Virus record (IMG/VR): IMGVR_UViG_3300034105_002232
DNA: 64,000 nucleotides
Direction: 5' to 3' (one strand)
From: a virus
Positions 39,498 through 48,199 of this stretch are shown piece by piece; position 1 is the stretch's first letter; each line of letters begins with the position of its first letter. Under the pieces are notes generated by a model. That model did not search any database and was not told where the DNA came from. It saw only the letters and a list, made by a program, of their open reading frames with translations. Position numbers and translations under genes: made by a program.

Positions 39498-40766
39498 TTA
39501 TTTGCCTTTCGCTGCATCTTCGTAATGCGCCCAAATACCCCATGGTGGTTCACAACCAGGATTGCCTTTGATGATCCATACTGTTTCACAGTAACTTTCC
39601 TCGCCCCACTCACCAAATGGCATGCCGTCTGTGAACATGATAAACTTCTTGGGTTCAATTGCGTTGTCTTTCATAAACTCCCAATTGGCCATGAAGTCTG
39701 TGCCACCACCTCCGGCAGGTTCGTACTCCATAATGTCGTCAATGTTGTCTGACGTATATGTCTGCACGTTATAGATTTCAGTATCAAAGCACCACAGCGT
39801 GATCTTGTACTCGTCAAAGGCTTCCATAATACCTTTGATCTCACCCAAGAACGCTTTGCTATCTTCCTCACTGATACTACCTGATTGGTCCATAGCAATA
39901 CATACATCAATCATCTCACCTGGCTTGAGCCCTGGCATGATGGCATCCATGTGCCATCCTTTGCGACTTGGTCTAGCCCATGTATAATCGTTCTTGATTG
40001 TGCTTTGAATCTGTTGTTGCAGTAGCTCTTTCCAACCAATGACTGGTTCTGTTAAGTCTCTTAACAAACGTTTGACACCGCTGGGTAAATTGCCTGCGCC
40101 TGCACTTTGTGCAGCAGCAATCACAGCACCTTTAATTTCGTCCTTGATAGCATCACGTTCTTCTTTGCTCAACCGAGGCCGCTTTCCACCCTGCTCATCC
40201 CCGTCGTCACCTGATCCGCCGTTACCATCTTCATCTTCTTCTAAATGATCATCAAGAATCATTTGTTCAAGTTGATCAATATTGATCTTTTTTGCATTCT
40301 GATAAAGATAGTCATATACTTCTTCGTAACTCATATCCTTGAACTTGTTGTCAAACAAGATTGGGCATACACTGATCTTCTCACCAATGCGCTGTTCTAT
40401 CAAGTCTTGATTGACGCAGTAGTCTGCAGCAATATTGCTTAGTCTTGGTTGACGATCACCGCGCCGACCCATGTGATCATAAACCGCATGCAGAATCTCA
40501 TGCCCAACCAAAAACTCAAGTTGTTTCAGCGGCATCTTGTCAACAAACTCGCTGTTGTAATAAAATTTACGTCCGTCTGTAGCAGCAGTGCCGCACCAGG
40601 CATCAGCATTGGTCAAGGTCATTCTGGTTGCCAGCTGCCCAAAGAACGGAGCCTTTAACAACAAGCCAATACGGGCAGTAGTAAGTTTCTCTCTAGCAAC
40701 GGCATCTGTTTTTGGATTCGTTACTGTGACTACGTTGGACTTGTCAATTGCTGTACTTTCAGCCAT
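39498..40766 (-). CDS. DUF2201-type metallopeptidase-like plus VWA domain protein
   Basis: TAATDG, HEILH (HExxH), NIAADY, acidic linker, MIDAS DQSGS, GGGGTDF, FTDG. Confidence 0.88.
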   Translation of the reverse strand: MAESTAIDKSNVVTVTNPKTDAVAREKLTTARIGLLLKAPFFGQLATRMTLTNADAWCGTAATDGRKFYYNSEFVDKMPLKQLEFLVGHEILHAVYDHMGRRGDRQPRLSNIAADYCVNQDLIEQRIGEKISVCPILFDNKFKDMSYEEVYDYLYQNAKKINIDQLEQMILDDHLEEDEDGNGGSGDDGDEQGGKRPRLSKEERDAIKDEIKGAVIAAAQSAGAGNLPSGVKRLLRDLTEPVIGWKELLQQQIQSTIKNDYTWARPSRKGWHMDAIMPGLKPGEMIDVCIAMDQSGSISEEDSKAFLGEIKGIMEAFDEYKITLWCFDTEIYNVQTYTSDNIDDIMEYEPAGGGGTDFMANWEFMKDNAIEPKKFIMFTDGMPFGEWGEESYCETVWIIKGNPGCEPPWGIWAHYEDAAKGK

Positions 40767-40790
40767 GTTGTCTCCTTAATGTATAACTGT

Positions 40791-40819
40791 ATTATATGAC
40801 ATTTACAATTTACTGTCAA
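40791..40819 (-). promoter_or_regulatory. Consensus sigma70 promoter TTGACA-17-TATAAT
   Basis: Perfect consensus on the - strand upstream of SD AAGGAG and ATG 40766. Confidence 0.85.
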
Positions 40820-40827
40820 TTGTGCAT

Positions 40828-40857
40828 ACAAAATGGGGGCTTAGGCCCCCATTTTGT
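40828..40857 (-). terminator. Rho-independent terminator (13-bp stem, possibly bidirectional)
   Basis: ACAAAATGGGGGC-TTAG-GCCCCCATTTTGT immediately after the AAA gene stop. Confidence 0.8.
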
Positions 40858-41964
40858 TTACTTGCTGGAACCTGCTGCTGCTAACACATACTTGCCGTAT
40901 TTGGCATGGAACTCATCAAAGCTAGGCATCTTGCCAGGCACTAACGGTAAGTCGTATGTGGTGAGCGCAACCCTGGCACCCATGACAGTGACTTCGGTAC
41001 TAAAGTTATCCATCATGAATCGCAAGAAGTTGTCGGCCATGCTATGAAAATCAGTGATTTTGTCTTTGCCGTTTTTCTTATAGTAGTCCTGGAGCTCGTA
41101 GCACATGGATGTGGTCAAAGAATACATAGCCGAAACTTCTTTGGTCTTGAGTTCTTTGACTTTGCCTGACAAGATGTCTTCAGGCTTGGGTAAGTTAGCC
41201 GCATGTTTGCGATGCGCCATGAATTTAACAGCGGCACCTTCGCCAACACAACCTGCAATCAAGTCAGTGAGTTCGCCATTGGGTGTACCAGTGTCGTAGC
41301 AGAATTCGCTTGCAAAGGTCCAGGTACGCGGTGTAGCAAAACTACGACTATTACTGCGCGGATCAAAATCAAACAGGTCTGCTTTGGCAAAACTCAAATA
41401 GCCAACAACATCTGGATGGATTTTATTTTTAACCGCCCAGTTCTGCCAGCTTGCAAAGTCTGGACGAATCTCCAAATGCAAGAAACGATTTGCAAGTGGA
41501 CTTGGCATACGATATGTGACGCCTTTGTCGCTGTCACGATTGCCCGCGGCTACCATTACAACATTGTTTGGCAAACGATATTTGCCAATTCGGCGATTCA
41601 AAATCAATTGATAGGCTGCGGCTTGCACTGCCGGCGCAGCTGAGTTCATCTCGTCCAGCAGCAGAACCACAATTGGATACTGTGCTGCTAGCTCTTCGTC
41701 AGGCAAGTCAATTGGCGGCGCCCAATCCATCTTTTCATTGTTCTTATTAAAGAACGGGATACCGCGCAAGTCAGTGGGCTCCATTTGACTTAGACGCAAG
41801 TCAATCATGTGTCCGCCAAGTTCTTCAGTGATATCAGCTACAACTTCACTCTTGCCCACACCCGGTGGTCCCCAAAGAAAGATAGGACGTTGCAATTTAA
41901 AACAACGAAGAATGCGACTACGTGCTTCTTCGGGTGTAACTGTACGGCTTTCTGTGACTGCCAT
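40858..41964 (-). CDS. MoxR/AAA_5-type AAA+ ATPase
   Basis: Walker A GPPGVGKS, DLRLSQ.EPTDLRG.P, Walker B LLLDE, AAGNR, PLANRF, TPRTW; adjacent to the VWA gene. Confidence 0.9.
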   Translation of the reverse strand: MAVTESRTVTPEEARSRILRCFKLQRPIFLWGPPGVGKSEVVADITEELGGHMIDLRLSQMEPTDLRGIPFFNKNNEKMDWAPPIDLPDEELAAQYPIVVLLLDEMNSAAPAVQAAAYQLILNRRIGKYRLPNNVVMVAAGNRDSDKGVTYRMPSPLANRFLHLEIRPDFASWQNWAVKNKIHPDVVGYLSFAKADLFDFDPRSNSRSFATPRTWTFASEFCYDTGTPNGELTDLIAGCVGEGAAVKFMAHRKHAANLPKPEDILSGKVKELKTKEVSAMYSLTTSMCYELQDYYKKNGKDKITDFHSMADNFLRFMMDNFSTEVTVMGARVALTTYDLPLVPGKMPSFDEFHAKYGKYVLAAAGSSK

Positions 41965-41992
41965 TTTAAATTCCTCTCACTGTTAAAACATT

Positions 41993-42040
41993 ATTATATG
42001 ACATAGTTAAATTAATGTCTGTGGCTGTTACCCCACAGAC
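41993..42040 (-). promoter_or_regulatory. Terminator-like hairpin overlapping a promoter (CAGACA-17-TATAAT) for the AAA gene
   Basis: GTCTGTGG/CCACAGAC arms at 42017-42040; ATGTCATATAATA shared with the 40.8-kb promoter. Confidence 0.55.
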
Positions 42041-42047
42041 TATCAAA

Positions 42048-42434
42048 TTACAACGATCCTGCGGCACGTTTCTCTGCAACTTTGACTTCCTTTGACGCGA
42101 ACCATTCAATTGCAAACGCTTCTGGGGTTTGACCTTTGCGTGGCTTGTCACCAACACGCTTTGCTACTTTAGCAACAGTTGCAGTTTTAGCAACCTTTGC
42201 TACTTTAGCAACTGTTGCAGATTTAGCAACACGAGGCGCCTTTGCAGCAGTCATGCCCACTTGTGCAAGATATGCAACAGCAGCTTCTTTATCCATTGCA
42301 GCAGGCAACTCAATCATGTTTACATTTGTGCAACCAAAACGCTCAAGTGCTTTGGCTCGTTTAGCGTCGTTAGCAAATTTGTAAACTGTTGCGCCATTTT
42401 CTGTACAAGTTCCTGCAAAAGTAAATGTTTTCAT
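42048..42434 (-). CDS. Small Ala/Lys-rich protein with tandem VAK repeats
   Basis: SD AAGGAG, own promoter; VAKSATVAKVAK-VAKTATVAKVAK. Confidence 0.75.
   Translation of the reverse strand: MKTFTFAGTCTENGATVYKFANDAKRAKALERFGCTNVNMIELPAAMDKEAAVAYLAQVGMTAAKAPRVAKSATVAKVAKVAKTATVAKVAKRVGDKPRKGQTPEAFAIEWFASKEVKVAEKRAAGSL
42159..42230. repeat. 36-bp tandem duplication (2 mismatches)
   Basis: CTTTGCTACTTTAGCAAC(A/T)GTTGCAG(T/A)TTTAGCAAC twice. Confidence 0.9.
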
Positions 42435-42465
42435 TTTTACGCTCCTTACTAGTTAGTGTACATAC

Positions 42466-42494
42466 ATTATAGCAAATGGGTGATTTTTGGTCTA
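42466..42494 (-). promoter_or_regulatory. Sigma70-type promoter TAGACC-17-TATAAT with extended -10
   Basis: TTTGCTATAATGTA shared with the 42856 promoter. Confidence 0.7.
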
Positions 42495-42827
42495 CCATTT
42501 ATTGCGTTGTTTTTTTACAACAAGTTTGGGTGTTGCTTTTTCTGCAACTTTTGGCACTGACTTTAGTATGTGAAACAAATCTGTTGCTTTTTTAAAACTA
42601 AAATTTGGATGCTTGTACATGTAATCAATTTTGCGTTCTAAAACTTGCAATATTTCTAACAAATCCATTTTTGTTGCAAAATTGCTATCCATTAGTATTT
42701 TGTTAATTTCATGCTTGTCCAGCATGTACTCTACCCATTTTGTAGTAGCGGGTATTTTGTAATACTGTACTATTGCTTTTTTGTTATTGCGTGAACTGTA
42801 TTTGCTAATAAAAGAATTTGCAGACAT
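42492..42827 (-). CDS. Hypothetical basic protein
   Basis: 111 aa; SD AAAGGAG and own promoter. Confidence 0.75.
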   Translation of the reverse strand: MSANSFISKYSSRNNKKAIVQYYKIPATTKWVEYMLDKHEINKILMDSNFATKMDLLEILQVLERKIDYMYKHPNFSFKKATDLFHILKSVPKVAEKATPKLVVKKQRNKW

Positions 42828-42830
42828 AAC

Positions 42831-42884
42831 AGGCTCCTTTCGCTAGTAACAGTACATTATAGCAAAAGGAGCCTTTATGCGCAA
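42831..42884 (-). promoter_or_regulatory. Promoter TTGCGC-17-TATAAT whose spacer is complementary to the downstream SD
   Basis: Arms AGGCTCCTTT (42831-42840) and AAAGGAGCCT (42865-42874) flank the -10 box (42856-42861). Confidence 0.7.
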
Positions 42885-42896
42885 TGGTTGTTAATT

Positions 42897-43268
42897 TTAC
42901 ACTATTACATATTTGCTAATGCTAGGATGTCCGCCAACTTCCCAATCTACCCAAGATTTAATTTGATCGTAATCAATTTCTTCGTTAATCCATTCGTATC
43001 TAAATCCTAAATGCCCTATAACAGCATAATCGTAAAATTCTGCTTTTATATGATCCTCAAGATCTTTAATGGGACGTTTAGGACCAATCCACATATCTGC
43101 AAACTGAATTGATTTCCCGTTATGTCCTTCGTATCCATTGAGCCGACCGTTTGGTCCAAACGGATTGCCAGTAATTCCAAAACAGGTACGAGTGACTATA
43201 AGATCATCATCTAGCACAATACGATTACGCCAAAGATAAAAGTAATAATCTAAATTAGATTCCACCAT
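42897..43268 (-). CDS. Putative GIY-YIG (T5orf172-like) nuclease domain protein
   Basis: YFYL...FGITGN....RL..Y...LEDHIK...EWI pattern. Confidence 0.45.
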   Translation of the reverse strand: MVESNLDYYFYLWRNRIVLDDDLIVTRTCFGITGNPFGPNGRLNGYEGHNGKSIQFADMWIGPKRPIKDLEDHIKAEFYDYAVIGHLGFRYEWINEEIDYDQIKSWVDWEVGGHPSISKYVIV

Positions 43269-44427
43269 ATGTTGCCATCCCTTTCACTTGAGGAACAGCA
43301 CATTGTCCGCCCGCATTTAGATAATCAATAATTAATATTGGCGTAAGGCATGAGTCTGACCACGAATCCTTAAGATTATTGGCAATCTGGAATTTTTTAA
43401 GTCGAATCTTACAGTCATCATGAAATCCTTTTGGACTTCCGTAAGTGGCACGAATATGATTATACAAATCAAGTTCGAGCTCAGGAGTAAGCTCGACATT
43501 ATTTTCACCGGCCTCTGCACTCAATCTACCAAACGCAAGTATATAACCGCCGTTGACACCTTTTTCGTTAGGAAAATAAGTATTGTGCCAGTTCAGGGCC
43601 CACTGCAAATCTTGCTTGCCTAGCTCGAATATTTGGTCGGTTTCTGCACCATGTCGGCCGATATTATTTACACCAATAATATAAGTAACCATGCCAGGTT
43701 GTGCTTGTTGACCTTTTGCTTCTACTGCTGGTGCCGGATACATATTATTTTGTTCTAGAATCAATTGCAATTCATGACTTTGCACATCTTCAGTAAGTGT
43801 CGACTCGTATAATCGCTTGCCGCTGACACGACTACGATGTACAAAATATGGATCAATCAATTTGCGACCACTACCACCCAAGCGTCTAAAGCCATAATTG
43901 CCAGTAGCTTCTCCTACATCTTTGCTGCCTGGGACGACCAAATTGTCACCTACTACCTTGCATTGAATTTTGGTACCAGCTGCAATTAATCCAAAATGTT
44001 TCATTAGATAAAATGCTGTGCCACTTTGTTGCCCCTCCCAAGAGGAATAACGACCGGTTTCTTTAATAAAAATCACATTAAGCGGTTGCATAATACGTGG
44101 ATCAAACAAAGTGATAATATTGTCCGCGATATGTGTTTCTTCTAAGAAGCGTTGGATATCAACATTGATGTCGATCAAACTTTCGTCAACCTCCATAAGG
44201 TATCCAAAATGTTCTTGCGTGTAAACTTCGCCATTCAATCGTTGTTTCAGTGTATCAATTGCTGCTTGAATTTTGGCACTGGTAATTAGCGGTTGTGCGC
44301 GATCCGGCAATGCTTCGTATTTGCCACTTTTACTAGTCAATTGCTGATTTTTAATTTTTGCAATAGGAGCGAAAGGATTTGCTCCGCGCACTACTGTACG
44401 CAGCTGATTTACATTATTCACGGACAT
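43255..44427 (-). CDS. Hypothetical protein with degenerate ParB/Srx-like N-terminal domain
   Basis: IDINVDIQR...HI...FDPRIMQPLNV...GRYSSWEGQQ resembles the ParB-like YQR...DGQH signature; start ATG 44427 with SD GAAGGA. Confidence 0.5.
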   Translation of the reverse strand: MSVNNVNQLRTVVRGANPFAPIAKIKNQQLTSKSGKYEALPDRAQPLITSAKIQAAIDTLKQRLNGEVYTQEHFGYLMEVDESLIDINVDIQRFLEETHIADNIITLFDPRIMQPLNVIFIKETGRYSSWEGQQSGTAFYLMKHFGLIAAGTKIQCKVVGDNLVVPGSKDVGEATGNYGFRRLGGSGRKLIDPYFVHRSRVSGKRLYESTLTEDVQSHELQLILEQNNMYPAPAVEAKGQQAQPGMVTYIIGVNNIGRHGAETDQIFELGKQDLQWALNWHNTYFPNEKGVNGGYILAFGRLSAEAGENNVELTPELELDLYNHIRATYGSPKGFHDDCKIRLKKFQIANNLKDSWSDSCLTPILIIDYLNAGGQCAVPQVKGMATYGGI

Positions 44428-44461
44428 TGTTGATCCTTCAATAAAGTTATAAAAGAACTGT

Positions 44462-44490
44462 AGTATATAAAAAAAGAAAATTGTTGTCAA
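44462..44490 (-). promoter_or_regulatory. Sigma70 promoter TTGACA-17-TATACT
   Basis: Near-consensus promoter upstream of ATG 44427. Confidence 0.75.
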
Positions 44491-44496
44491 CCGTTG

Positions 44497-44865
44497 CTAA
44501 AGTTGCAAGTTGTCCAAATACTTCTGTAGATTATCGCCATGCAATTTTAGCAACACTGTTTCTTGTTCGCCCAATAGTAGCAATTGATCAATTTTCGCAA
44601 TGTAGTACGGACAGGCCAATAATCTGCTCATTTGGATCATGGTACGATTTCGCATTGGCTCAGGCAACACACAGTCGTAAACAGGAATCTTGGTGAATTT
44701 TTTTATAAACTCAATGCCAGACTTGGTTAATCTTAGATTGTTTGGTTTGGTATGGATCCACCACCAAGACTTGATGAATTGAGGATATGTAGTCGTATCA
44801 GCGCCTGCGGCCTGCAAAATGCTTTCGGTATACCAACGCTGATTACGGGTAGATTTGGTCACCAT
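44497..44865 (-). CDS. Hypothetical protein
   Basis: 122 aa; WW...NLRLT..G, CPYY. Confidence 0.65.
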   Translation of the reverse strand: MVTKSTRNQRWYTESILQAAGADTTTYPQFIKSWWWIHTKPNNLRLTKSGIEFIKKFTKIPVYDCVLPEPMRNRTMIQMSRLLACPYYIAKIDQLLLLGEQETVLLKLHGDNLQKYLDNLQL

Positions 44866-45130
44866 GTTTCATCAACACAACAGTAAATTTGTCAGTTTTG
44901 AACAGGGTATTGAGTTTTTTTGCCAAGTTGATAGCATGTCCGCTGTTTGAAAAACTAACCTTCTTGTACTTGGGACCAGGGTACGCAACCAGCATGTTTT
45001 GGCTTTTTAGATTGATGGGTTGTTGGTCGTAGAAAACCGCCCATATACCTTCACTTGACAGCACTTGGTCGCTTTTGTAATTTAGTTTGTTTACATGCTC
45101 TAACAACACATTTGGTTTAGGTCTTGACAT
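44843..45130 (-). CDS. Conserved-looking phage hypothetical protein
   Basis: MSRPKP..LLE, IWAVFY..PINLK, GPKYKKVSFSN.GHA.NLAKKLN; ATAAATA box at 45152-45158 upstream. Confidence 0.75.
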   Translation of the reverse strand: MSRPKPNVLLEHVNKLNYKSDQVLSSEGIWAVFYDQQPINLKSQNMLVAYPGPKYKKVSFSNSGHAINLAKKLNTLFKTDKFTVVLMKHGDQIYP

Positions 45131-45175
45131 TGGAATCTTCCTTGAACTAGGTATTTATGACAATAACGGCGTAGT

Positions 45176-45385
45176 TTATTTAAACCCGCCGCCGTCCATG
45201 AATACACTGTTAACAGGTTCGGGATCTGATCTATTTTGCAATTCTGCTATCATTGACAACAAAGAAAAAATATCTGCATGTATGCTCCGTGCTTCCTCAG
45301 AACTCAGCATCAGCTGTTTGCTGTTTGTTTGATTCATCTGCCGGACTCTGTTGTTAAAATTTTGTATTGATAAACTATGCTGCAT
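45176..45385 (-). CDS. Hypothetical protein
   Basis: MQHSL... ending MDGGGFK. Confidence 0.6.
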   Translation of the reverse strand: MQHSLSIQNFNNRVRQMNQTNSKQLMLSSEEARSIHADIFSLLSMIAELQNRSDPEPVNSVFMDGGGFK

Positions 45386-45833
45386 TGTTTGCTTCCTGTT
45401 CTGTATAAAATGGTCCTTGGAACTCATATCGATTCAAGGTAATGTTTTTGGGGCAAAACTGCAAACACCATGTGTGGTTGATTTTGATCAAGTAGTAACC
45501 AGCACAGTATAAACTTTTACTTTTTAAAGACCTGGAATAAATTGGCAGCTTGCGTTTGATATCGTACACCTGATTGTAGGCTTTGCCAACAATGGGATAA
45601 CTGTATACATTATTTTCTTTTTCAGGTCGCTTGTTTGATATTGCTCGCTGAAATTTGATATGATAAGTTTGCTTTAAAATTTGCACAGAAGGAAAATATT
45701 CGCGGGTCTCTTGATATACATAAACAAAGCCTCCATCTTCTCGAGCTTGGATAGTGGCAATCCTTGTACCCCTATCTTCAACCACCCAGAACTTGTTTTT
45801 TACTACAGGTTTTGCAATTCGTTCTGTGATCAT
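45375..45833 (-). CDS. Hypothetical protein
   Basis: 152 aa; KSKSLYCAGYY, FCPK.ITL.RY..GPF. Confidence 0.7.
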   Translation of the reverse strand: MITERIAKPVVKNKFWVVEDRGTRIATIQAREDGGFVYVYQETREYFPSVQILKQTYHIKFQRAISNKRPEKENNVYSYPIVGKAYNQVYDIKRKLPIYSRSLKSKSLYCAGYYLIKINHTWCLQFCPKNITLNRYEFQGPFYTEQEANNAA

Positions 45834-46177
45834 GATTTTAATGTGTGGTGAGTGATAATTTTGCCCAGCTCGCGATCAAAATCTGTGGTGTCACTGATGA
45901 CGTAAATGTCACGGTCTGCACCATAGGTATCTTTGTCAATCTCAACCACGTAACCACCGTGTGCTTCGTAAATGTTCAATGACATTTTTTTATTTGGGAA
46001 TCTATGTCTTGATCCACCAACACTGCCTGTAATATCGTCAATTCTGATTGCTCCAGGCAGCGCAGCACCTAACGTGTATGTAGTTCCTGTATTCATAGAG
46101 TCTCCTAAGTCAATGGTAATATCGTGTGAATCTAAATCTAAAAAATTGGTATCTATAGTAACAGTGTTTGAGGTCAT
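45830..46177 (-). CDS. Hypothetical protein
   Basis: 115 aa; C-terminal YEAHGGYVVE resembles that of the 46174 ORF. Confidence 0.65.
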   Translation of the reverse strand: MTSNTVTIDTNFLDLDSHDITIDLGDSMNTGTTYTLGAALPGAIRIDDITGSVGGSRHRFPNKKMSLNIYEAHGGYVVEIDKDTYGADRDIYVISDTTDFDRELGKIITHHTLKS

Positions 46178-46536
46178 TGTTTTATCATTTCCATCATGAT
46201 AGACTGTGATACCTGCTTGGCAAAGTCTTCTTCCTCTTTGATCATGTAAAGAGTGTGTTTGGTTTCGTCGTCATGTTTGTCGTACACATGGGTTTCAAGA
46301 ATATGTCCACCTACACATGTGTACAATTTAAAAGTCATACTATCGGCCTGAATACAGGGATTACCGGTACCCTCATCATCTGTCCAAAAGTTATTCTTAG
46401 GTGGAACATTTATGCGGGCTCGTCGTGTCCGTTGAACTTGGCCAATTTCGTCTGCACGTTGTTGTGCTGTGAATTCAGCATCGTCCTCCCAGGCACGTTT
46501 GCATACCCTCCAGACAATTTTTCTAAACCATTTCAT
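46174..46536 (-). CDS. Hypothetical protein
   Basis: 120 aa; SD GGAG; FKLY..VGGHILE. Confidence 0.65.
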   Translation of the reverse strand: MKWFRKIVWRVCKRAWEDDAEFTAQQRADEIGQVQRTRRARINVPPKNNFWTDDEGTGNPCIQADSMTFKLYTCVGGHILETHVYDKHDDETKHTLYMIKEEEDFAKQVSQSIMMEMIKQ

Positions 46537-46552
46537 TTGCGATCTCCATAAT

Positions 46553-46927
46553 TTATACCCATTCTCCTAACAGTATTGAAATTGTAAATGCAATACTCAA
46601 ATATGTAAAAGAGTGTAGCAATTGATCCATGCCCATCCAAACCCAATACGCTCGGTCCTCGGTGGTCAATCTTACAACAACCCTGACTCCAACCCAGTCT
46701 ATAACATAGTGTAACGCAGCATCAAGTGCAGCCAACATGACACAAGCTTGTATGCCCACAAAATGCATGAGTACCACATAGGTCAATGCACCGTGCAGTC
46801 CAGCATGTTGTAGCCCTCCGGTGCGCCCAAGATGGCCTTTGTCTTTGAACATTCTATCAGTTTGCCAACAAAAGTCGGCTAGAAAATGCTTGACAAACAG
46901 TAATGTCAATATTAACCAGATAGTCAT
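46553..46927 (-). CDS. DUF3307-like membrane protein
   Basis: KHFLADF..Q...K, HAGLHG, HYVID, DQLLH. Confidence 0.8.
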   Translation of the reverse strand: MTIWLILTLLFVKHFLADFCWQTDRMFKDKGHLGRTGGLQHAGLHGALTYVVLMHFVGIQACVMLAALDAALHYVIDWVGVRVVVRLTTEDRAYWVWMGMDQLLHSFTYLSIAFTISILLGEWV

Positions 46928-46928
46928 A

Positions 46929-47150
46929 TTAATAACGAACTACCGGACCAGGAGGCAGCGGTGGGGTTGGCAATCCAGCAGGTTGACATACAAATCTTCC
47001 GTAGATGCTGTAGTCGCGTTGGCCTAGTTCCCTGAACGCTTCATAACATGCAGCTTTATCATGATAGGTTCCCAGGTATCGCCAGTTACCGTGTTCTGTT
47101 CCGGTAACAGTGGAAATGGCCATGGTCCAAAGTAATAGTATATGTGGCAT
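46929..47150 (-). CDS. Small hypothetical protein with hydrophobic N-terminus
   Basis: 73 aa, Pro-rich tail. Confidence 0.5.
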   Translation of the reverse strand: MPHILLLWTMAISTVTGTEHGNWRYLGTYHDKAACYEAFRELGQRDYSIYGRFVCQPAGLPTPPLPPGPVVRY

Positions 47151-47171
47151 TGTTTGCTCTTTCTGTTTGAT

Positions 47172-48164
47172 TTAACGCTGGGGATATTCTGCACTTAACA
47201 CTTCGCTATATTGTGCAGCAAATTCGCTAAGTTTGGCCAAATCGTACTTGCCGCAAAATTTCAAGAATTGTGCTCCTACCATGGGCCTAGTTTGTTTTAC
47301 AGCACCTTGTGCAATGGTGGTAGCAATTTTACCTTTGATATCGTCAGGTTGTGCAGTAAGATCAACTAGAGTAACATTTCTATTGTAGTCATCCAGCACA
47401 CGATGTTCAATACCGTTGTGATCGGTCCACCGCTGTAGCATGAGATTGTTCCAGTTAAAACCTTTTTTATCTCTGTCCTCATATGCTTCTTGCAGGCCAA
47501 CCTTGTTCTTGGAACCTTTGGTCCTAACACCTGGGTATGCACTGAACACATTGTCCGATGCATCGCCGCGCATGCATTTTTCAAACAAGATCCATGCGGG
47601 ATCTGGAATCTTTTTTGGTTCTTTAGTTTTCTTGTCAACCACCAGTTTACCTCTCTTGTCCAGAATACCTTCTAGTGTATGCAGCTCGTCTGCAATACCG
47701 TTGTATTGATTCACGTTTGATGCTAGCAATTGATAAAAGTCTGTGTCGCTGCTGACAATGGTATGATGATCATTCGGATGACTTTGTATAAAGCCGGCGA
47801 TAAGATCATCCGCTTCCAGTTCAGAATGTTGTAACACAGTGCAATTGGTCTTTTCAGTCAAGAATGTTTTAAGATCATCAAACGCTTCCCAAAACAGTCG
47901 GTCTTCTTCGGCTTCTGTTTCGGTTAAGGCAGCTCGAGCCACAGCACGATTCTTTTTATATGGTTCATAAAAATCTTTGCGCCATGAACGGCCTTCTAAG
48001 CAGAAGACCACATGATCGGCTTTTTGCTCGCGCCAGGCTTTGTTGACTGAACCCAATGTTACATGAATAGCAAAACCCAGTTTGTCCCATGTATCGCTTT
48101 GGCGATGGGCACTGTGTCGGGCACGAAAGAACGTGTTAGCTGTGTCTACAATTAGATATCTCAT
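47172..48164 (-). CDS. rnh: T4 RNase H-like 5'-3' exonuclease (FEN/PIN fold)
   Basis: LIVDTAN.FFR, SWRKDFY..YK.NR, LEADDLIA, IVSSDTDFYQL, GDASDNV. Confidence 0.88.
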   Translation of the reverse strand: MRYLIVDTANTFFRARHSAHRQSDTWDKLGFAIHVTLGSVNKAWREQKADHVVFCLEGRSWRKDFYEPYKKNRAVARAALTETEAEEDRLFWEAFDDLKTFLTEKTNCTVLQHSELEADDLIAGFIQSHPNDHHTIVSSDTDFYQLLASNVNQYNGIADELHTLEGILDKRGKLVVDKKTKEPKKIPDPAWILFEKCMRGDASDNVFSAYPGVRTKGSKNKVGLQEAYEDRDKKGFNWNNLMLQRWTDHNGIEHRVLDDYNRNVTLVDLTAQPDDIKGKIATTIAQGAVKQTRPMVGAQFLKFCGKYDLAKLSEFAAQYSEVLSAEYPQR

Positions 48165-48170
48165 GTAGTA

Positions 48171-48199
48171 ATATTAGCATATTATAACAATTGTGTCAA
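48171..48199 (-). promoter_or_regulatory. Promoter TTGACA-17-TAATAT placed for leaderless transcription of rnh
   Basis: -10 ends 6 nt before the A of ATG 48164; no SD. Confidence 0.6.
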
